The position numbers and the translations under genes were made by a program. A stretch of 64,000 bases of DNA from Escherichia coli (GTDB lineage: Bacteria > Pseudomonadota > Gammaproteobacteria > Enterobacterales > Enterobacteriaceae): the NCBI RefSeq assembly GCF_030013595.1, contig NZ_CP122768.1; one strand, 5' to 3'. The first letter of the stretch is position 1; every line of letters starts with the position of its first letter. Below are positions 38,452-52,793 of the stretch, one piece after another. Below the pieces are notes generated by a model. It saw only the letters and a list, made by a program, of their open reading frames with translations, had not been told where the DNA came from and did no database searches.

Positions 38452-38868
38452 ATGACGCGTCTTGCAGAGATCCTCGACCAGATGTCCGCTGTGCTTAACG
38501 ATCTCAAAACGGTAATGGATCAAGAGCAGCAACATCTCTCTATGGGGCAGATCAACGGCAGCCAGTTGCAATGGATTACAGAACAAAAAAGCTCTCTGCT
38601 GGCGACGCTGGATTACCTCGAACAGTTACGCAGGAAAGAACCCAATTCAGCAAATAGCGTTGATATTAGTCAACGCTGGCAGGAAATTACTGTGAAAACG
38701 CAGCAACTACGCCAAATGAATCAACATAACGGCTGGTTACTGGAAGGACAGATTGAGCGCAATCAACAGGCGCTGGAAATGTTGAAACCGCATCAGGAAC
38801 CGACGCTATATGGAGCGAACGGTCAGACCTCAACAACCCATCGCGGCGGTAAAAAGATTTCGATCTGA
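38452..38868 (+). CDS. flgN: Flagellar export chaperone for FlgK/FlgL
   Basis: ORF 38452..38868 (+), 138 aa; immediately downstream of flgM. Confidence 0.93.
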   Translation: MTRLAEILDQMSAVLNDLKTVMDQEQQHLSMGQINGSQLQWITEQKSSLLATLDYLEQLRRKEPNSANSVDISQRWQEITVKTQQLRQMNQHNGWLLEGQIERNQQALEMLKPHQEPTLYGANGQTSTTHRGGKKISI

Positions 38869-38875
38869 AGATTAT

Positions 38876-38900
38876 CTCCGGCCTGCACTGCAGGCCGGAA
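38876..38900. terminator. Bidirectional terminator between convergent flgN and murJ
   Basis: ccggcctgcactgcaggccgg perfect inverted repeat. Confidence 0.6.
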
Positions 38901-38907
38901 TGCATTG

Positions 38908-40530
<1,623 letters not shown>

Positions 40531-40552
40531 CTACCGCCAGATGTTACAGGGT

Positions 40553-41476
40553 TTATTCACTCATCGCATCGCGCCAGATCTTGTCAACGATACGTTGCGC
40601 CAGCACTGCCTGTTCGCCGGCGGTTTGCGGAACTGTCTGATTTTGCACACATTCAATGAAGTGCCGCGCACAGCCGACAAATCCACGTTGCTCAAGCGTA
40701 CTCTGCCAACCAGGAATCGGTTTATGCACTACGCCCTGCCCGCGCTCCTCACGCCATTCGCGCATATCCGTAATGTCGATGAGCGCACCGTCAGTCACGG
40801 CCTGCACGGTTTCACGCTGGCTTCCGGCACGGCGATGCATACAGGTGGTGATCTGCAAAGGACCGGCCGAAAAATGGTGCTCGGCAAACAGCATTTCGCC
40901 AGCGTCATTAGTCAGTAGCGTACCGCCATCCAGAGAGGCTTTACCGCCCGACAACCACAGCGCGGTATCCACCACATGCAGATAATCATCCAGCAACGTG
41001 AAATAAAGATCGTGTGGCCCGACGCTATTGCTACGATGTTTATCCATTCTTAGCGAGGCTGCGGTGGCGAGTTGCGTTTTTAACTCACCGTAGAGTGGTG
41101 CGAAACGACGGTTAAAACCGACCATCAACGTCAGTTTTTTCCGTGCCGCAAGTTCCACCAGCCGTTCAGCATCGCGCAGATTTTCTGCCAGCGGTTTATC
41201 GACACAGACATGTACCCCCGCATTGAGTAACGTACTGACCACGTCAAAGTGGCTGGCGGTGCTGGAATGCACAAAAACCGCATCGCAACTGGCGGCAAGG
41301 CTGGATAACGAATCGGCATAAGGAATGCGCCAGCTGTCACAAATTGGCAAGGCTTTCGCGCGCGTAGGCGACCACGCACCTTGTAACGTCCAGTCAGACG
41401 CTGCCGCCAGCACCGGTAACCACACCTTTTGCGCGATGCCGCCTAACCCCACTACGCCGATACGTAATTTTTTCAC
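40553..41476 (-). CDS. mviM: Gfo/Idh/MocA-family oxidoreductase MviM (YceM)
   Basis: ORF 40553..41509 (-); start trimmed to GTG (MKKLRIGVVGLGGIAQK..., Rossmann motif), 307 aa. Confidence 0.9.
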   Translation of the reverse strand: MKKLRIGVVGLGGIAQKVWLPVLAAASDWTLQGAWSPTRAKALPICDSWRIPYADSLSSLAASCDAVFVHSSTASHFDVVSTLLNAGVHVCVDKPLAENLRDAERLVELAARKKLTLMVGFNRRFAPLYGELKTQLATAASLRMDKHRSNSVGPHDLYFTLLDDYLHVVDTALWLSGGKASLDGGTLLTNDAGEMLFAEHHFSAGPLQITTCMHRRAGSQRETVQAVTDGALIDITDMREWREERGQGVVHKPIPGWQSTLEQRGFVGCARHFIECVQNQTVPQTAGEQAVLAQRIVDKIWRDAMSE

Positions 41477-41477
41477 T

Positions 41478-42720
<1,243 letters not shown>

Positions 42721-42955
42721 TCTATACCTACTCCTTCCCGTAACGTCTTTAATACGCTGTAAGTATTACTATACCTGCGCAACCAGATCCTGTGAAAAGT
42801 CCAGAATGCCATTTTCTGCATTATTCACATATTTGATAAAAACTCTCTATCAAAGCGACGTTTTGATAAAAAAATATTGTCCCCGAAATGATGGGAAAAG
42901 TCTTAGCGGCAATGCAGAATAGAAAGTGCTCATCTTTTATTTCCCGGGAGGGGAA

Positions 42956-44164
42956 ATGTCCCGCGTGTCGCAGGCCAGGAACCTGGGTAAATATTTCCTG
43001 CTCATCGATAATATGCTGGTCGTGCTGGGGTTCTTTGTTGTCTTCCCGCTGATCTCTATCCGCTTCGTTGATCAAATGGGCTGGGCCGCCGTCATGGTCG
43101 GTATTGCCCTCGGTCTACGCCAGTTTATTCAGCAAGGTCTGGGTATTTTCGGCGGCGCAATTGCCGACCGCTTTGGTGCCAAACCGATGATTGTTACCGG
43201 TATGCTGATGCGTGCCGCCGGATTCGCCACAATGGGTATCGCCCACGAACCGTGGCTACTGTGGTTTTCATGCCTGCTCTCGGGACTCGGCGGCACGTTG
43301 TTTGATCCGCCGCGTTCGGCGCTGGTGGTGAAACTAATCCGTCCACAACAGCGTGGTCGTTTTTTCTCGCTGTTGATGATGCAGGACAGTGCCGGTGCGG
43401 TCATTGGCGCATTGTTGGGGAGCTGGCTGTTGCAATACGACTTTCGCCTGGTCTGCGCCACAGGGGCAGTTTTGTTTGTGCTGTGTGCAGCGTTCAATGC
43501 GTGGTTGTTACCGGCATGGAAACTCTCCACTGTACGCACGCCCGTTCGCGAAGGCATGACCCGCGTGATGCGTGACAAGCGTTTTGTCACCTATGTCCTG
43601 ACGCTGGCGGGTTACTACATGCTGGCTGTACAAGTGATGCTGATGCTGCCAATTATGGTCAACGACGTGGCGGGCGCGCCCTCTGCCGTTAAATGGATGT
43701 ATGCCATTGAAGCGTGTCTGTCGTTAACGTTGCTCTATCCTATCGCCCGCTGGAGTGAAAAGCATTTTCGTCTGGAACATCGGTTGATGGCTGGGCTGTT
43801 GATAATGTCATTAAGCATGATGCCAGTGGGCATGGTCAGCGGCCTGCAACAACTTTTCACCCTGATTTGTCTGTTTTATATCGGGTCGATCATTGCCGAG
43901 CCTGCGCGTGAAACCTTAAGTGCTTCGCTGGCAGACGCAAGAGCTCGCGGCAGCTATATGGGGTTTAGCCGTCTGGGTCTGGCGATTGGCGGCGCTATTG
44001 GTTATATCGGTGGCGGCTGGCTGTTTGACCTGGGCAAATCGGCGCACCAGCCAGAGCTTCCGTGGATGATGCTGGGCATTATTGGCATCTTCACTTTCCT
44101 TGCGCTGGGTTGGCAGTTTAGCCAGAAACGCGCCGCGCGTCGTTTGCTGGAACGCGACGCCTGA
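42956..44164 (+). CDS. mdtH: MFS multidrug efflux transporter MdtH
   Basis: ORF 42926..44164 (+); start trimmed to [19 protein letters not shown]... (402 aa); 12-TM MFS profile. Confidence 0.93.
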
Positions 44165-44226
44165 TTTGATACTCCCCCTGACTCCTCCATACTGAAAGTG
44201 AACTGACAGCCAAATGGAGGAGTCAC

Positions 44227-44874
44227 GTGAAGCTATACATTTACGATCACTGCCCTTACTGCCTCAAAGCCCGCATGATTTTCGGCCTGAAAAATATCCC
44301 CGTCGAATTACATGTTCTGCTCAACGACGACGCAGAAACACCCACCCGGATGGTCGGTCAAAAACAGGTTCCCATTCTGCAAAAAGATGACAGCCGCTAT
44401 ATGCCAGAAAGCATGGACATCGTTCACTATGTCGATAAACTCGACGGCAAACCGTTACTGACCGGCAAACGTTCCCCTGCCATTGAAGAGTGGCTGCGCA
44501 AGGTCAATGGCTACGCCAACAAACTGCTGTTGCCGCGTTTTGCCAAATCGGCATTTGATGAGTTTTCTACTCCTGCCGCGCGCAAATATTTCGTCGACAA
44601 GAAAGAGGCCAGCGCGGGTAATTTTGCCGACCTGCTGGCCCACTCTGACGGTCTGATTAAGAATATCAGCGATGATTTACGTGCGCTGGACAAACTGATC
44701 GTCAAACCGAACGCCGTGAATGGCGAACTTTCGGAAGATGATATTCAGCTATTTCCGCTACTGCGTAATCTGACGCTGGTAGCCGGAATCAACTGGCCAA
44801 GCCGCGTTGCTGATTACCGCGATAATATGGCGAAACAGACACAAATCAATTTGTTATCATCAATGGCGATTTAA
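44227..44874 (+). CDS. grxB: Glutaredoxin 2
   Basis: ORF 44227..44874 (+), 215 aa; active site CPYC (MKLYIYDHCPYCLKARM). Confidence 0.95.
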   Translation: MKLYIYDHCPYCLKARMIFGLKNIPVELHVLLNDDAETPTRMVGQKQVPILQKDDSRYMPESMDIVHYVDKLDGKPLLTGKRSPAIEEWLRKVNGYANKLLLPRFAKSAFDEFSTPAARKYFVDKKEASAGNFADLLAHSDGLIKNISDDLRALDKLIVKPNAVNGELSEDDIQLFPLLRNLTLVAGINWPSRVADYRDNMAKQTQINLLSSMAI

Positions 44875-45007
44875 TCCTGACCCGCCGCGGCAGCCTGTAT
44901 TCGCGGGTTGCCGCCGTTTTCAGTTTTTTCTGCTGGCGCGTTTATCGCTGGTGACACATGCTGCGTTGTGTCAGGATATTGACGCAGATTTCATGTCGAG
45001 GACTACC

Positions 45008-45568
45008 ATGAACAAGTTTTTATTTGCCGCTGCATTGATCGTCAGTGGCCTGCTCGTTGGCTGTAATCAACTCACCCAATACACCATCACCGAACAAGAA
45101 ATTAACCAGTCGCTTGCGAAACATAATAATTTCTCAAAAGATATCGGTTTACCCGGCGTGGCTGATGCCCATATTGTTCTGACAAACCTGACCAGCCAAA
45201 TTGGTCGCGAAGAGCCGAATAAGGTTACCCTAACCGGAGACGCCAATCTGGACATGAACTCCCTGTTCGGTAGCCAGAAAGCGACCATGAAACTGAAGCT
45301 GAAAGCGCTGCCCGTGTTTGATAAAGAAAAAGGCGCGATCTTCCTGAAAGAGATGGAAGTGGTCGATGCGACGGTACAACCGGAAAAAATGCAAACGGTG
45401 ATGCAAACGTTGCTTCCCTATCTGAACCAGGCATTACGCAATTACTTTAACCAGCAACCTGCTTACGTCCTGCGCGAAGATGGCAGCCAGGGCGAAGCAA
45501 TGGCGAAGAAACTGGCGAAAGGCATTGAAGTGAAGCCAGGCGAAATTGTCATTCCGTTTACTGATTAA
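45008..45568 (+). CDS. yceB: YceB lipoprotein (DUF1439)
   Basis: ORF 44807..45568 (+); start trimmed to MNKFLFAAALIVSGLLVGC (lipobox), 186 aa. Confidence 0.9.
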   Translation: MNKFLFAAALIVSGLLVGCNQLTQYTITEQEINQSLAKHNNFSKDIGLPGVADAHIVLTNLTSQIGREEPNKVTLTGDANLDMNSLFGSQKATMKLKLKALPVFDKEKGAIFLKEMEVVDATVQPEKMQTVMQTLLPYLNQALRNYFNQQPAYVLREDGSQGEAMAKKLAKGIEVKPGEIVIPFTD

Positions 45569-45574
45569 TCACGA

Positions 45575-45599
45575 GGGCGCATTCGCGCCCTTTATTTTT
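45575..45599 (+). terminator. yceB intrinsic terminator
   Basis: gggcgc-attc-gcgccc hairpin followed by TTTATTTTT. Confidence 0.7.
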
Positions 45600-45673
45600 C
45601 GTGCAAAGGAAAACGTTTCCGCTTATCCTTTGTGTCCGGCAAAAACATCCCTTCAGCCGGAGCATAGAGATTA

Positions 45674-46720
45674 ATGACTGCACCATCCCAGGTATTAAAG
45701 ATCCGCCGCCCAGACGACTGGCACCTTCACCTCCGCGATGGCGACATGTTAAAAACTGTCGTGCCGTATACCAGCGAAATTTATGGACGGGCTATCGTAA
45801 TGCCCAATCTGGCTCCGCCCGTGACCACCGTTGAGGCTGCCGTGGCGTATCGCCAGCGTATTCTTGACGCCGTACCTGCCGGGCACGATTTCACCCCGCT
45901 GATGACCTGTTATTTGACAGATTCACTAGACCCTAATGAGCTTGAGCGTGGATTTAACGAAGGCGTGTTCACCGCTGCAAAACTTTACCCGGCAAACGCA
46001 ACTACTAACTCCAGTCACGGCGTGACGTCAGTTGACGCAATCATGCCGGTACTTGAGCGCATGGAAAAAATCGGTATGCCGTTACTGGTGCATGGTGAAG
46101 TGACACATGCAGATATCGACATTTTTGATCGTGAAGCGCGCTTTATTGAAAGCGTGATGGAACCGCTGCGCCAGCGCCTGACTGCGCTGAAAGTCGTTTT
46201 TGAGCACATCACCACCAAAGATGCTGCCGACTATGTCCGTAACGGAAATGAACGGCTGGCTGCCACCATCACTCCGCAGCATCTGATGTTTAACCGCAAC
46301 CATATGCTGGTTGGTGGCGTGCGTCCACATCTGTATTGTCTACCCATCCTCAAACGCAATATTCACCAACAGGCATTGCGTGAACTGGTCGCCAGCGGTT
46401 TTAATCGCGTATTCCTCGGTACGGATTCTGCGCCGCATGCACGTCATCGCAAAGAGAGCAGCTGCGGCTGCGCGGGCTGCTTCAACGCCCCAACCGCGCT
46501 GGGCAGTTACGCTACCGTCTTTGAAGAGATGAATGCTCTGCAGCACTTTGAAGCATTCTGTTCTGTAAACGGCCCGCAGTTCTACGGGTTGCCGGTCAAC
46601 GACACATTCATCGAACTGGTACGTGAAGAGCAACAGGTTGCTGAAAGCATCGCACTGACTGATGACACCCTGGTGCCATTCCTCGCTGGGGAAACGGTAC
46701 GCTGGTCCGTTAAACAATAA
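45674..46720 (+). CDS. pyrC: Dihydroorotase
   Basis: ORF 45674..46720 (+), 348 aa; metal-binding HxH motif (DWHLHLRD). Confidence 0.95.
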   Translation: MTAPSQVLKIRRPDDWHLHLRDGDMLKTVVPYTSEIYGRAIVMPNLAPPVTTVEAAVAYRQRILDAVPAGHDFTPLMTCYLTDSLDPNELERGFNEGVFTAAKLYPANATTNSSHGVTSVDAIMPVLERMEKIGMPLLVHGEVTHADIDIFDREARFIESVMEPLRQRLTALKVVFEHITTKDAADYVRNGNERLAATITPQHLMFNRNHMLVGGVRPHLYCLPILKRNIHQQALRELVASGFNRVFLGTDSAPHARHRKESSCGCAGCFNAPTALGSYATVFEEMNALQHFEAFCSVNGPQFYGLPVNDTFIELVREEQQVAESIALTDDTLVPFLAGETVRWSVKQ

Positions 46721-46756
46721 AAATCGTAGCTTCCTGTTGTCATTAGGTTATTTTAC

Positions 46757-46772
46757 CTGTATAAATAACCAG
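46757..46772 (+). promoter_or_regulatory. LexA (SOS) box upstream of dinI
   Basis: CTGTATAAATAACCAG matches CTG-N10-CAG with the TATA-rich core, about 22 nt upstream of the dinI start. Confidence 0.75.
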
Positions 46773-46793
46773 TATATTCAACAGGGGGCTATT

Positions 46794-47039
46794 ATGCGAA
46801 TTGAAGTCACCATAGCGAAAACTTCTCCATTGCCAGCTGGGGCTATTGACGCCCTGGCTGGCGAACTTTCCCGCCGTATTCAGTATGCGTTTCCTGATAA
46901 TGAAGGCCACGTATCGGTACGTTATGCCGCAGCGAATAATTTATCGGTTATTGGCGCGACAAAAGAAGATAAACAGCGCATTAGCGAAATTCTCCAGGAA
47001 ACGTGGGAAAGCGCCGATGACTGGTTTGTCAGCGAATAA
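46794..47039 (+). CDS. dinI: DNA damage-inducible protein I
   Basis: ORF 46662..47039 (+); start trimmed to MRIEVTIAKTSPLPAGAIDAL... (81 aa) downstream of the LexA box. Confidence 0.93.
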   Translation: MRIEVTIAKTSPLPAGAIDALAGELSRRIQYAFPDNEGHVSVRYAAANNLSVIGATKEDKQRISEILQETWESADDWFVSE

Positions 47040-47060
47040 TATGCAGTGATTTTTGTTTTT

Positions 47061-47086
47061 GCCGGGTCGCCCCGGCTTTTTTATTT
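47061..47086 (+). terminator. dinI intrinsic terminator
   Basis: gccggg-tcgc-cccggc hairpin followed by TTTTTTATTTT. Confidence 0.7.
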
Positions 47087-47328
47087 TACTTACAAATTTC
47101 GAGTACAAAATTTCTACACTTCCTCAAAATAACTGCACAATATGCTAAAAAAATATGAATGACATGCTGTTTTATTGTTCATATAAATCTTAAAAGCAAA
47201 AATTTATCTGTTCCCCCCTTTAAAAATTCGGTGAATACCCTTACTTATTGGTATACTGAAGTTGCTTCAGATAAAAACGCATTGAACCTCGAATAACGTT
47301 GTCTAGTAACACGAATTAGGGGGCCATG

Positions 47329-47583
47329 ATGGAAAAAAATAATGAAGTCATTCAGACTCATCCGCTCGTAGGGTGGGACATCAGCACCGTTGATAGCTAT
47401 GATGCGCTGATGTTGCGTTTGCACTACCAGACCCCAAATAAGTCCGAGCAGGAAGGGACTGAAGTTGGTCAGACGCTCTGGTTAACCACTGATGTTGCCA
47501 GACAATTTATTTCGATATTAGAAGCAGGAATCGCCAAAATTGAATCCGGTGATTTCCCGGTAAACGAGTATCGGCGTCATTAA
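47329..47583 (+). CDS. bssS: Biofilm regulator BssS
   Basis: ORF 47326..47583 (+); MEKNNEVIQTHPLVGWDISTVDSYDA... (84 aa). Confidence 0.9.
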   Translation: MEKNNEVIQTHPLVGWDISTVDSYDALMLRLHYQTPNKSEQEGTEVGQTLWLTTDVARQFISILEAGIAKIESGDFPVNEYRRH

Positions 47584-47697
47584 CATGACATGACCATCCA
47601 CCCAAAAGGCACCTCACCGGTGCCTTTACCATTTCTGGGTTGTATATCTGCATTCAGTTAATTACTCTGCTTAAACCATGAGAGCAGAGAGAAAAAA

Positions 47698-48816
47698 ATG
47701 AAATACGATCTCATCATTATTGGCAGCGGTTCCGTAGGCGCTGCCGCCGGGTATTATGCAACCCGCGCCGGTTTAAACGTGCTTATGACCGACGCCCATA
47801 TGCCACCGCATCAACACGGCAGCCACCACGGCGATACGCGATTAATTCGCCATGCTTATGGTGAAGGCGAAAAGTATGTCCCACTGGTTCTCCGCGCGCA
47901 AACGCTGTGGGATGAACTCTCCCGCCACAACGAAGAAGATCCCATTTTTGTACGCTCTGGCGTCATTAACCTTGGCCCGGCTGATTCCACATTTCTCGCC
48001 AACGTCGCCCACAGCGCCAAACAATGGCAACTCAACGTTGAAAAGCTCGATGCGCAAGGGATTATGGCCCGCTGGCCAGAAATACGCGTCCCGGACAACT
48101 ACATCGGCTTATTTGAGACTGATTCCGGTTTTTTGCGCAGCGAACTGGCGATTAAAACCTGGATCCAACTGGCGAAGGAAGCGGGCTGTGCGCAGCTGTT
48201 CAACTGCCCGGTCACCGCAATTCGTCATGACGATGATGGCGTAACTATTGAAACGGCTGACGGTTATTATCAGGCGAAAAAAGCGATTGTCTGCGCGGGA
48301 ACATGGGTAAAAGACCTGCTCCCGGAGCTGCCTGTCCAGCCCATACGCAAAGTATTTGCCTGGTATCAGGCCGATGGTCGCTATAGCGTGAAGAATAAAT
48401 TCCCGGCGTTTACCGGTGAACTGCCCAATGGCGATCAATATTATGGTTTTCCGGCAGAAAACGACGCGTTGAAGATTGGCAAACATAACGGAGGCCAGGT
48501 TATCCATTCAGCGGATGAACGTGTTCCGTTTGCGGAAGTGGTCAGCGATGGTTCGGAAGCCTTCCCGTTCTTGCACAATGTATTGCCGGGTATCGGTTGC
48601 TGCCTGTACGGCGCTGCCTGCACCTATGATAATTCGCCTGACGAAGATTTTATTATCGATACCCTACCCGGCCACGATAATACACTGCTCATTACCGGCC
48701 TGAGTGGGCACGGTTTTAAATTTGCGTCAGTTTTAGGGGAAATAGCTGCCGATTTTGCGCAAGACAAAAAAAGCGATTTTGATTTGACGCCATTCAGGCT
48801 TTCCCGCTTCCAATAA
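47698..48816 (+). CDS. solA: N-methyl-L-tryptophan oxidase
   Basis: ORF 47698..48816 (+), 372 aa; FAD-binding GSGSVG motif ([21 protein letters not shown]). Confidence 0.95.
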
Positions 48817-48823
48817 TCATCAT

Positions 48824-48850
48824 TACGGCCTCCAGAATGAGGCCGTTTTT
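48824..48850 (+). terminator. solA intrinsic terminator
   Basis: ggcc-tccagaatga-ggcc hairpin followed by GTTTTT. Confidence 0.6.
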
Positions 48851-48864
48851 ACAGGAGTATTTAA

Positions 48865-48978
48865 TGCGTCGGCTGTTGCACTATCTCATCAATAATATTC
48901 GCGAGCATCTGATGCTTTATCTTTTTCTCTGGGGATTGTTGGCAATTATGGATCTGATCTATGTGTTTTATTTTTAGT
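48865..48978 (+). CDS. yceO: Small hydrophobic protein (yceO-like), about 37 aa
   Basis: Below the ORF-track cutoff; ATG after [45 protein letters not shown]; position matches K-12 yceO. End coordinate +/-2 nt. Confidence 0.5.
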
Positions 48979-49237
48979 TTTCTGTACTGACATAAACTGA
49001 CAAATATTTAATCTCCCTTTCATTTAGCGTGAAAAATTGAATGAGATTCTTCCTGCCTCTACAGCACTCACCAGACCTTCCAAATGCTGAATCCACTAAA
49101 CTTATGAAGATTCTTTCATTATTAATTCAAAATTATTGAAATAAAAATAAATATCATTCAATTTGTTATTTTTGTGTTGCATTTCATTCTCCGACACGCC
49201 ATTTTCTTTCTCTCGCAAATTCGTTTTGGATGCACTT

Positions 49238-49804
49238 ATGTCATTCACAAATACCCCTGAACGCTATGGTGTTATATCTGCGGCCTTACATTGGCTAAGC
49301 GCAATTATTGTCTACGGCATGTTTGCTTTAGGTCTGTGGATGGTCACGCTCAGTTATTACGATGGCTGGTATCACAAAGCACCCGAAGTGCATAAAAGCA
49401 TCGGCATTTTGTTAATGATGGGGCTGGTTATTCGCGTTCTGTGGCGCGTCATATCTCCACCGCCGGGTCCGCTGCAGAGTTATTCGCCCATGACTCGTCT
49501 TGGCGCAAAGGCTGGACATCTCGCATTGTACTTATTGCTGTTCGCCATCGGCATCAGCGGCTATCTGATCTCAACTGCCGATGGTAAACCGATCAGCGTT
49601 TTTGGCTGGTTTGACGTCCCCGCGACCCTCGCCGACGCTGGCGCACAGGCTGACTTTGCCGGTGCCCTGCATTTTTGGCTCGCGTGGAGCGTCGTAGTAC
49701 TGTCCGTTATGCATGGATTTATGGCCCTGAAGCATCATTTCATCGATAAAGACGACACTCTGAAGCGCATGCTGGGAAAGTCGTCATCTGACTATGGAGT
49801 ATAA
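49238..49804 (+). CDS. yceJ: Cytochrome b561-family protein YceJ
   Basis: ORF 49163..49804 (+); start trimmed to MSFTNTPERYGVISAALHWLSA... (188 aa); four predicted TM helices. Confidence 0.9.
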   Translation: MSFTNTPERYGVISAALHWLSAIIVYGMFALGLWMVTLSYYDGWYHKAPEVHKSIGILLMMGLVIRVLWRVISPPPGPLQSYSPMTRLGAKAGHLALYLLLFAIGISGYLISTADGKPISVFGWFDVPATLADAGAQADFAGALHFWLAWSVVVLSVMHGFMALKHHFIDKDDTLKRMLGKSSSDYGV

Positions 49805-49807
49805 AAA

Positions 49808-50383
49808 ATGAAAAAAAGCCTGCTTGGTTTAACCTTCGCTTCCCTGATGTTCTCTGCCGGTTCAGCGGTTGCCGCCGATTACAAAATTGACAAAGAAGGT
49901 CAGCACGCCTTTGTTAACTTCCGCATCCAGCATCTTGGCTATAGCTGGTTATATGGCACCTTTAAAGATTTCGACGGTACTTTTACCTTTGATGAAAAAA
50001 ATCCAGCTGCCGATAAAGTGAATGTGACAATTAACACCACCAGCGTCGATACTAATCACGCCGAACGCGATAAACATCTTCGCAGTGCAGATTTCCTCAA
50101 TACCGCAAAATATCCACAGGCAACATTCACCTCCACCAGCGTGAAGAAAGACGGTGACGAACTGGATATTACCGGCGATCTGACGCTGAATGGCGTAACC
50201 AAACCCGTCACGCTGGAAGCGAAATTAATTGGTCAAGGCGACGACCCGTGGGGTGGTAAACGTGCAGGCTTCGAGGCCGAAGGCAAAATTAAGCTCAAGG
50301 ACTTCAATATCAAAACAGATTTAGGTCCAGCTTCTCAGGAAGTGGATATGATTATTTCAGTGGAAGGCGTACAGCAGAAGTAA
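49808..50383 (+). CDS. yceI: Periplasmic polyisoprenoid-binding protein YceI
   Basis: ORF 49808..50383 (+), 191 aa; signal peptide; 3 nt after the yceJ stop. Confidence 0.93.
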   Translation: MKKSLLGLTFASLMFSAGSAVAADYKIDKEGQHAFVNFRIQHLGYSWLYGTFKDFDGTFTFDEKNPAADKVNVTINTTSVDTNHAERDKHLRSADFLNTAKYPQATFTSTSVKKDGDELDITGDLTLNGVTKPVTLEAKLIGQGDDPWGGKRAGFEAEGKIKLKDFNIKTDLGPASQEVDMIISVEGVQQK

Positions 50384-50390
50384 GAGTGAA

Positions 50391-50420
50391 ATGTTGCCGG
50401 ATGACACGCATCCGGCAATG
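50391..50420. repeat. REP element between convergent yceI and yceA
   Basis: gccggatgacacgcatccggc palindrome. Confidence 0.65.
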
Positions 50421-50424
50421 ATAT

Positions 50425-51477
50425 TTATTCTGTTGGATCAGGAATGCCCAGTGTTGTATTCAGACGTCCACGAGACTTATTAAAGATCTTATTGCCATTT
50501 TCACGTCCTGCCCGACGGCGTCGCTGTTCTTCAGGCGGTAACGCGCTTTCTTCGCAGCAAATCTCACTACAACAACCTTTGTATTTTTCCGCACATACTG
50601 GACACTGAATAAACAGCAGGTGGCAGCCATCATTTTTACAGTTGGTATGGCTGTCGCACGGCGCACCGCACTGGTGGCAATGCGCGATAATCTCATCAGA
50701 TATACGTTCGCCCATCCGCTCGTCAAAAACAAAATTTTTGCCAATAAAACGTACCGGTAAACCCTGCTCGCGCGCCTTGCGGGCGTATTCAATAATTCCG
50801 CCCTCGATATGCCAGACTTTATTGAATCCGTTATGTTTCATCCAGGCACTGGCCTTTTCACAACGAATGCCACCGGTGCAGTACATAACGATTTTTTTAT
50901 CTTTATGTGCCTGCATCATCTCGACTGCTTTTGGCAGCTGCTCACGGAAGGTATCTGCCGGAATTTCCAGCGCGTTTTCAAAGTGCCCCACTTCATACTC
51001 ATAGTGGTTACGCATGTCGATAAACAATGCATCGGGATCGTCAAGCATGGCGTTCACTTCCGCCGCTTGCAGATACTCACCCACATTGCTGGCATCAAAG
51101 TGAGGATCGTCAATACCGTCGGCAACAATGCGATCGCGAACCTTCATGCGCAGAACCCAGAAGGATTTCCCGTCATCATCCAACGCGATATTCAGGCGTA
51201 AGCCCTCTAAAGCCGGGTCGAAGGCATAGAGCTGTGCGCGAAATGTTTCAACATTGCTCGCAGGTACGCTGATTTGCGCGTTAACACCCTCATGCGCCAG
51301 ATACACTCGCCCAAAAACATTCAGCGCGGTAAACAGCTGATATAAAGCGTCACGGGTCGCCTTAGGATCGGCGATGTGGAAATACTTATAAAACGAAATG
51401 GTGGTTCGCGGTTCGCTCTCAGCCAACATTTTGGCTTTTAACGCGTCGTTGGAAATGCGGTTGTGTAACACTGGCAT
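50425..51477 (-). CDS. trhO: tRNA uridine(34) hydroxylase TrhO (YceA), rhodanese-domain protein
   Basis: ORF 50425..51531 (-); start trimmed to [16 protein letters not shown]... (350 aa); rhodanese active-site Cys (CTGGIRC) and C-terminal Cys cluster. Confidence 0.9.
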   Translation of the reverse strand: MPVLHNRISNDALKAKMLAESEPRTTISFYKYFHIADPKATRDALYQLFTALNVFGRVYLAHEGVNAQISVPASNVETFRAQLYAFDPALEGLRLNIALDDDGKSFWVLRMKVRDRIVADGIDDPHFDASNVGEYLQAAEVNAMLDDPDALFIDMRNHYEYEVGHFENALEIPADTFREQLPKAVEMMQAHKDKKIVMYCTGGIRCEKASAWMKHNGFNKVWHIEGGIIEYARKAREQGLPVRFIGKNFVFDERMGERISDEIIAHCHQCGAPCDSHTNCKNDGCHLLFIQCPVCAEKYKGCCSEICCEESALPPEEQRRRRAGRENGNKIFNKSRGRLNTTLGIPDPTE

Positions 51478-51701
51478 GGTGTACGGTTCCTGCGAGATGG
51501 GAAAGTAAAAATCCGCGGCATGATATAGCAATTATCGATAATTAACATCCACACATTTTACGCTACATTTGCGCATTAAAAATTATTTGTTATTTACAAG
51601 CGCGGCAATTTCGCCCAGTCTTCAGCCACAAATTTTGGTTGCGGGCGAAAAAATGCGACAATACATACAATTGCCCGTATAGGTTGAAAAACAGGATTGA
51701 T

Positions 51702-52622
51702 ATGACGAATCTACCCAAGTTCTCCACCGCACTGCTTCATCCGCGTTATTGGTTAACCTGGTTGGGTATTGGCGTACTTTGGTTAGTCGTGCAATTGCCC
51801 TACCCGGTTATCTACCGCCTCGGTTGTGGATTAGGAAAACTGGCGTTACGTTTTATGAAACGACGCGCAAAAATTGTGCATCGCAACCTGGAACTGTGCT
51901 TCCCGGAAATGAGCGAACAAGAACGCCGTAAAATGGTGGTGAAGAATTTCGAATCCGTTGGCATGGGACTGATGGAAACTGGCATGGCGTGGTTCTGGCC
52001 GGACCGCAGAATCGCCCGCTGGACGGAAGTGATCGGCATGGAACACATTCGTGACGTGCAGGCGCAAAAACGCGGCATCCTGTTAGTTGGCATCCATTTT
52101 CTGACACTGGAGCTGGGTGCGCGGCAGTTTGGTATGCAGGAACCGGGGATTGGCGTTTACCGCCCGAACGATAATCCACTGATTGACTGGCTACAAACCT
52201 GGGGCCGTTTGCGCTCAAATAAATCGATGCTCGACCGCAAAGATTTAAAAGGCATGATTAAAGCCCTGAAAAAAGGCGAAGTGGTCTGGTACGCACCGGA
52301 TCATGATTACGGCCCGCGCTCAAGCGTTTTCGTCCCGTTGTTTGCCGTTGAGCAGGCTGCGACCACGACCGGAACCTGGATGCTGGCACGGATGTCCGGC
52401 GCATGTCTGGTGCCCTTCGTTCCACGCCGTAAGCCAGATGGCAAAGGGTATCAGTTGATTATGCTGCCGCCAGAGTGTTCTCCGCCGCTGGATGATGCCG
52501 AAACTACCGCCGCGTGGATGAACAAAGTGGTCGAAAAATGCATCATGATGGCACCAGAGCAGTATATGTGGTTACACCGTCGCTTTAAAACACGCCCGGA
52601 AGGCGTTCCTTCACGCTATTAA
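51702..52622 (+). CDS. lpxL: Lipid A biosynthesis lauroyltransferase (HtrB)
   Basis: ORF 51639..52622 (+); start trimmed to [20 protein letters not shown]... (306 aa). Confidence 0.93.
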
Positions 52623-52793
52623 ATCTCCCATGCCGGATGCTTCAGAAGGGTATCCGGCATTACCACAGCAAATCCCCCTGATTTAGCGATAAAAGCTCTC
52701 TGGATTGCGCCCCCTGGAAGTCGGGCGCATAATTAGTGTGCTTATCTTTTCTTCTTATGTTCACCGCGCCTGGCGCACCAACAGCGGATTGCT

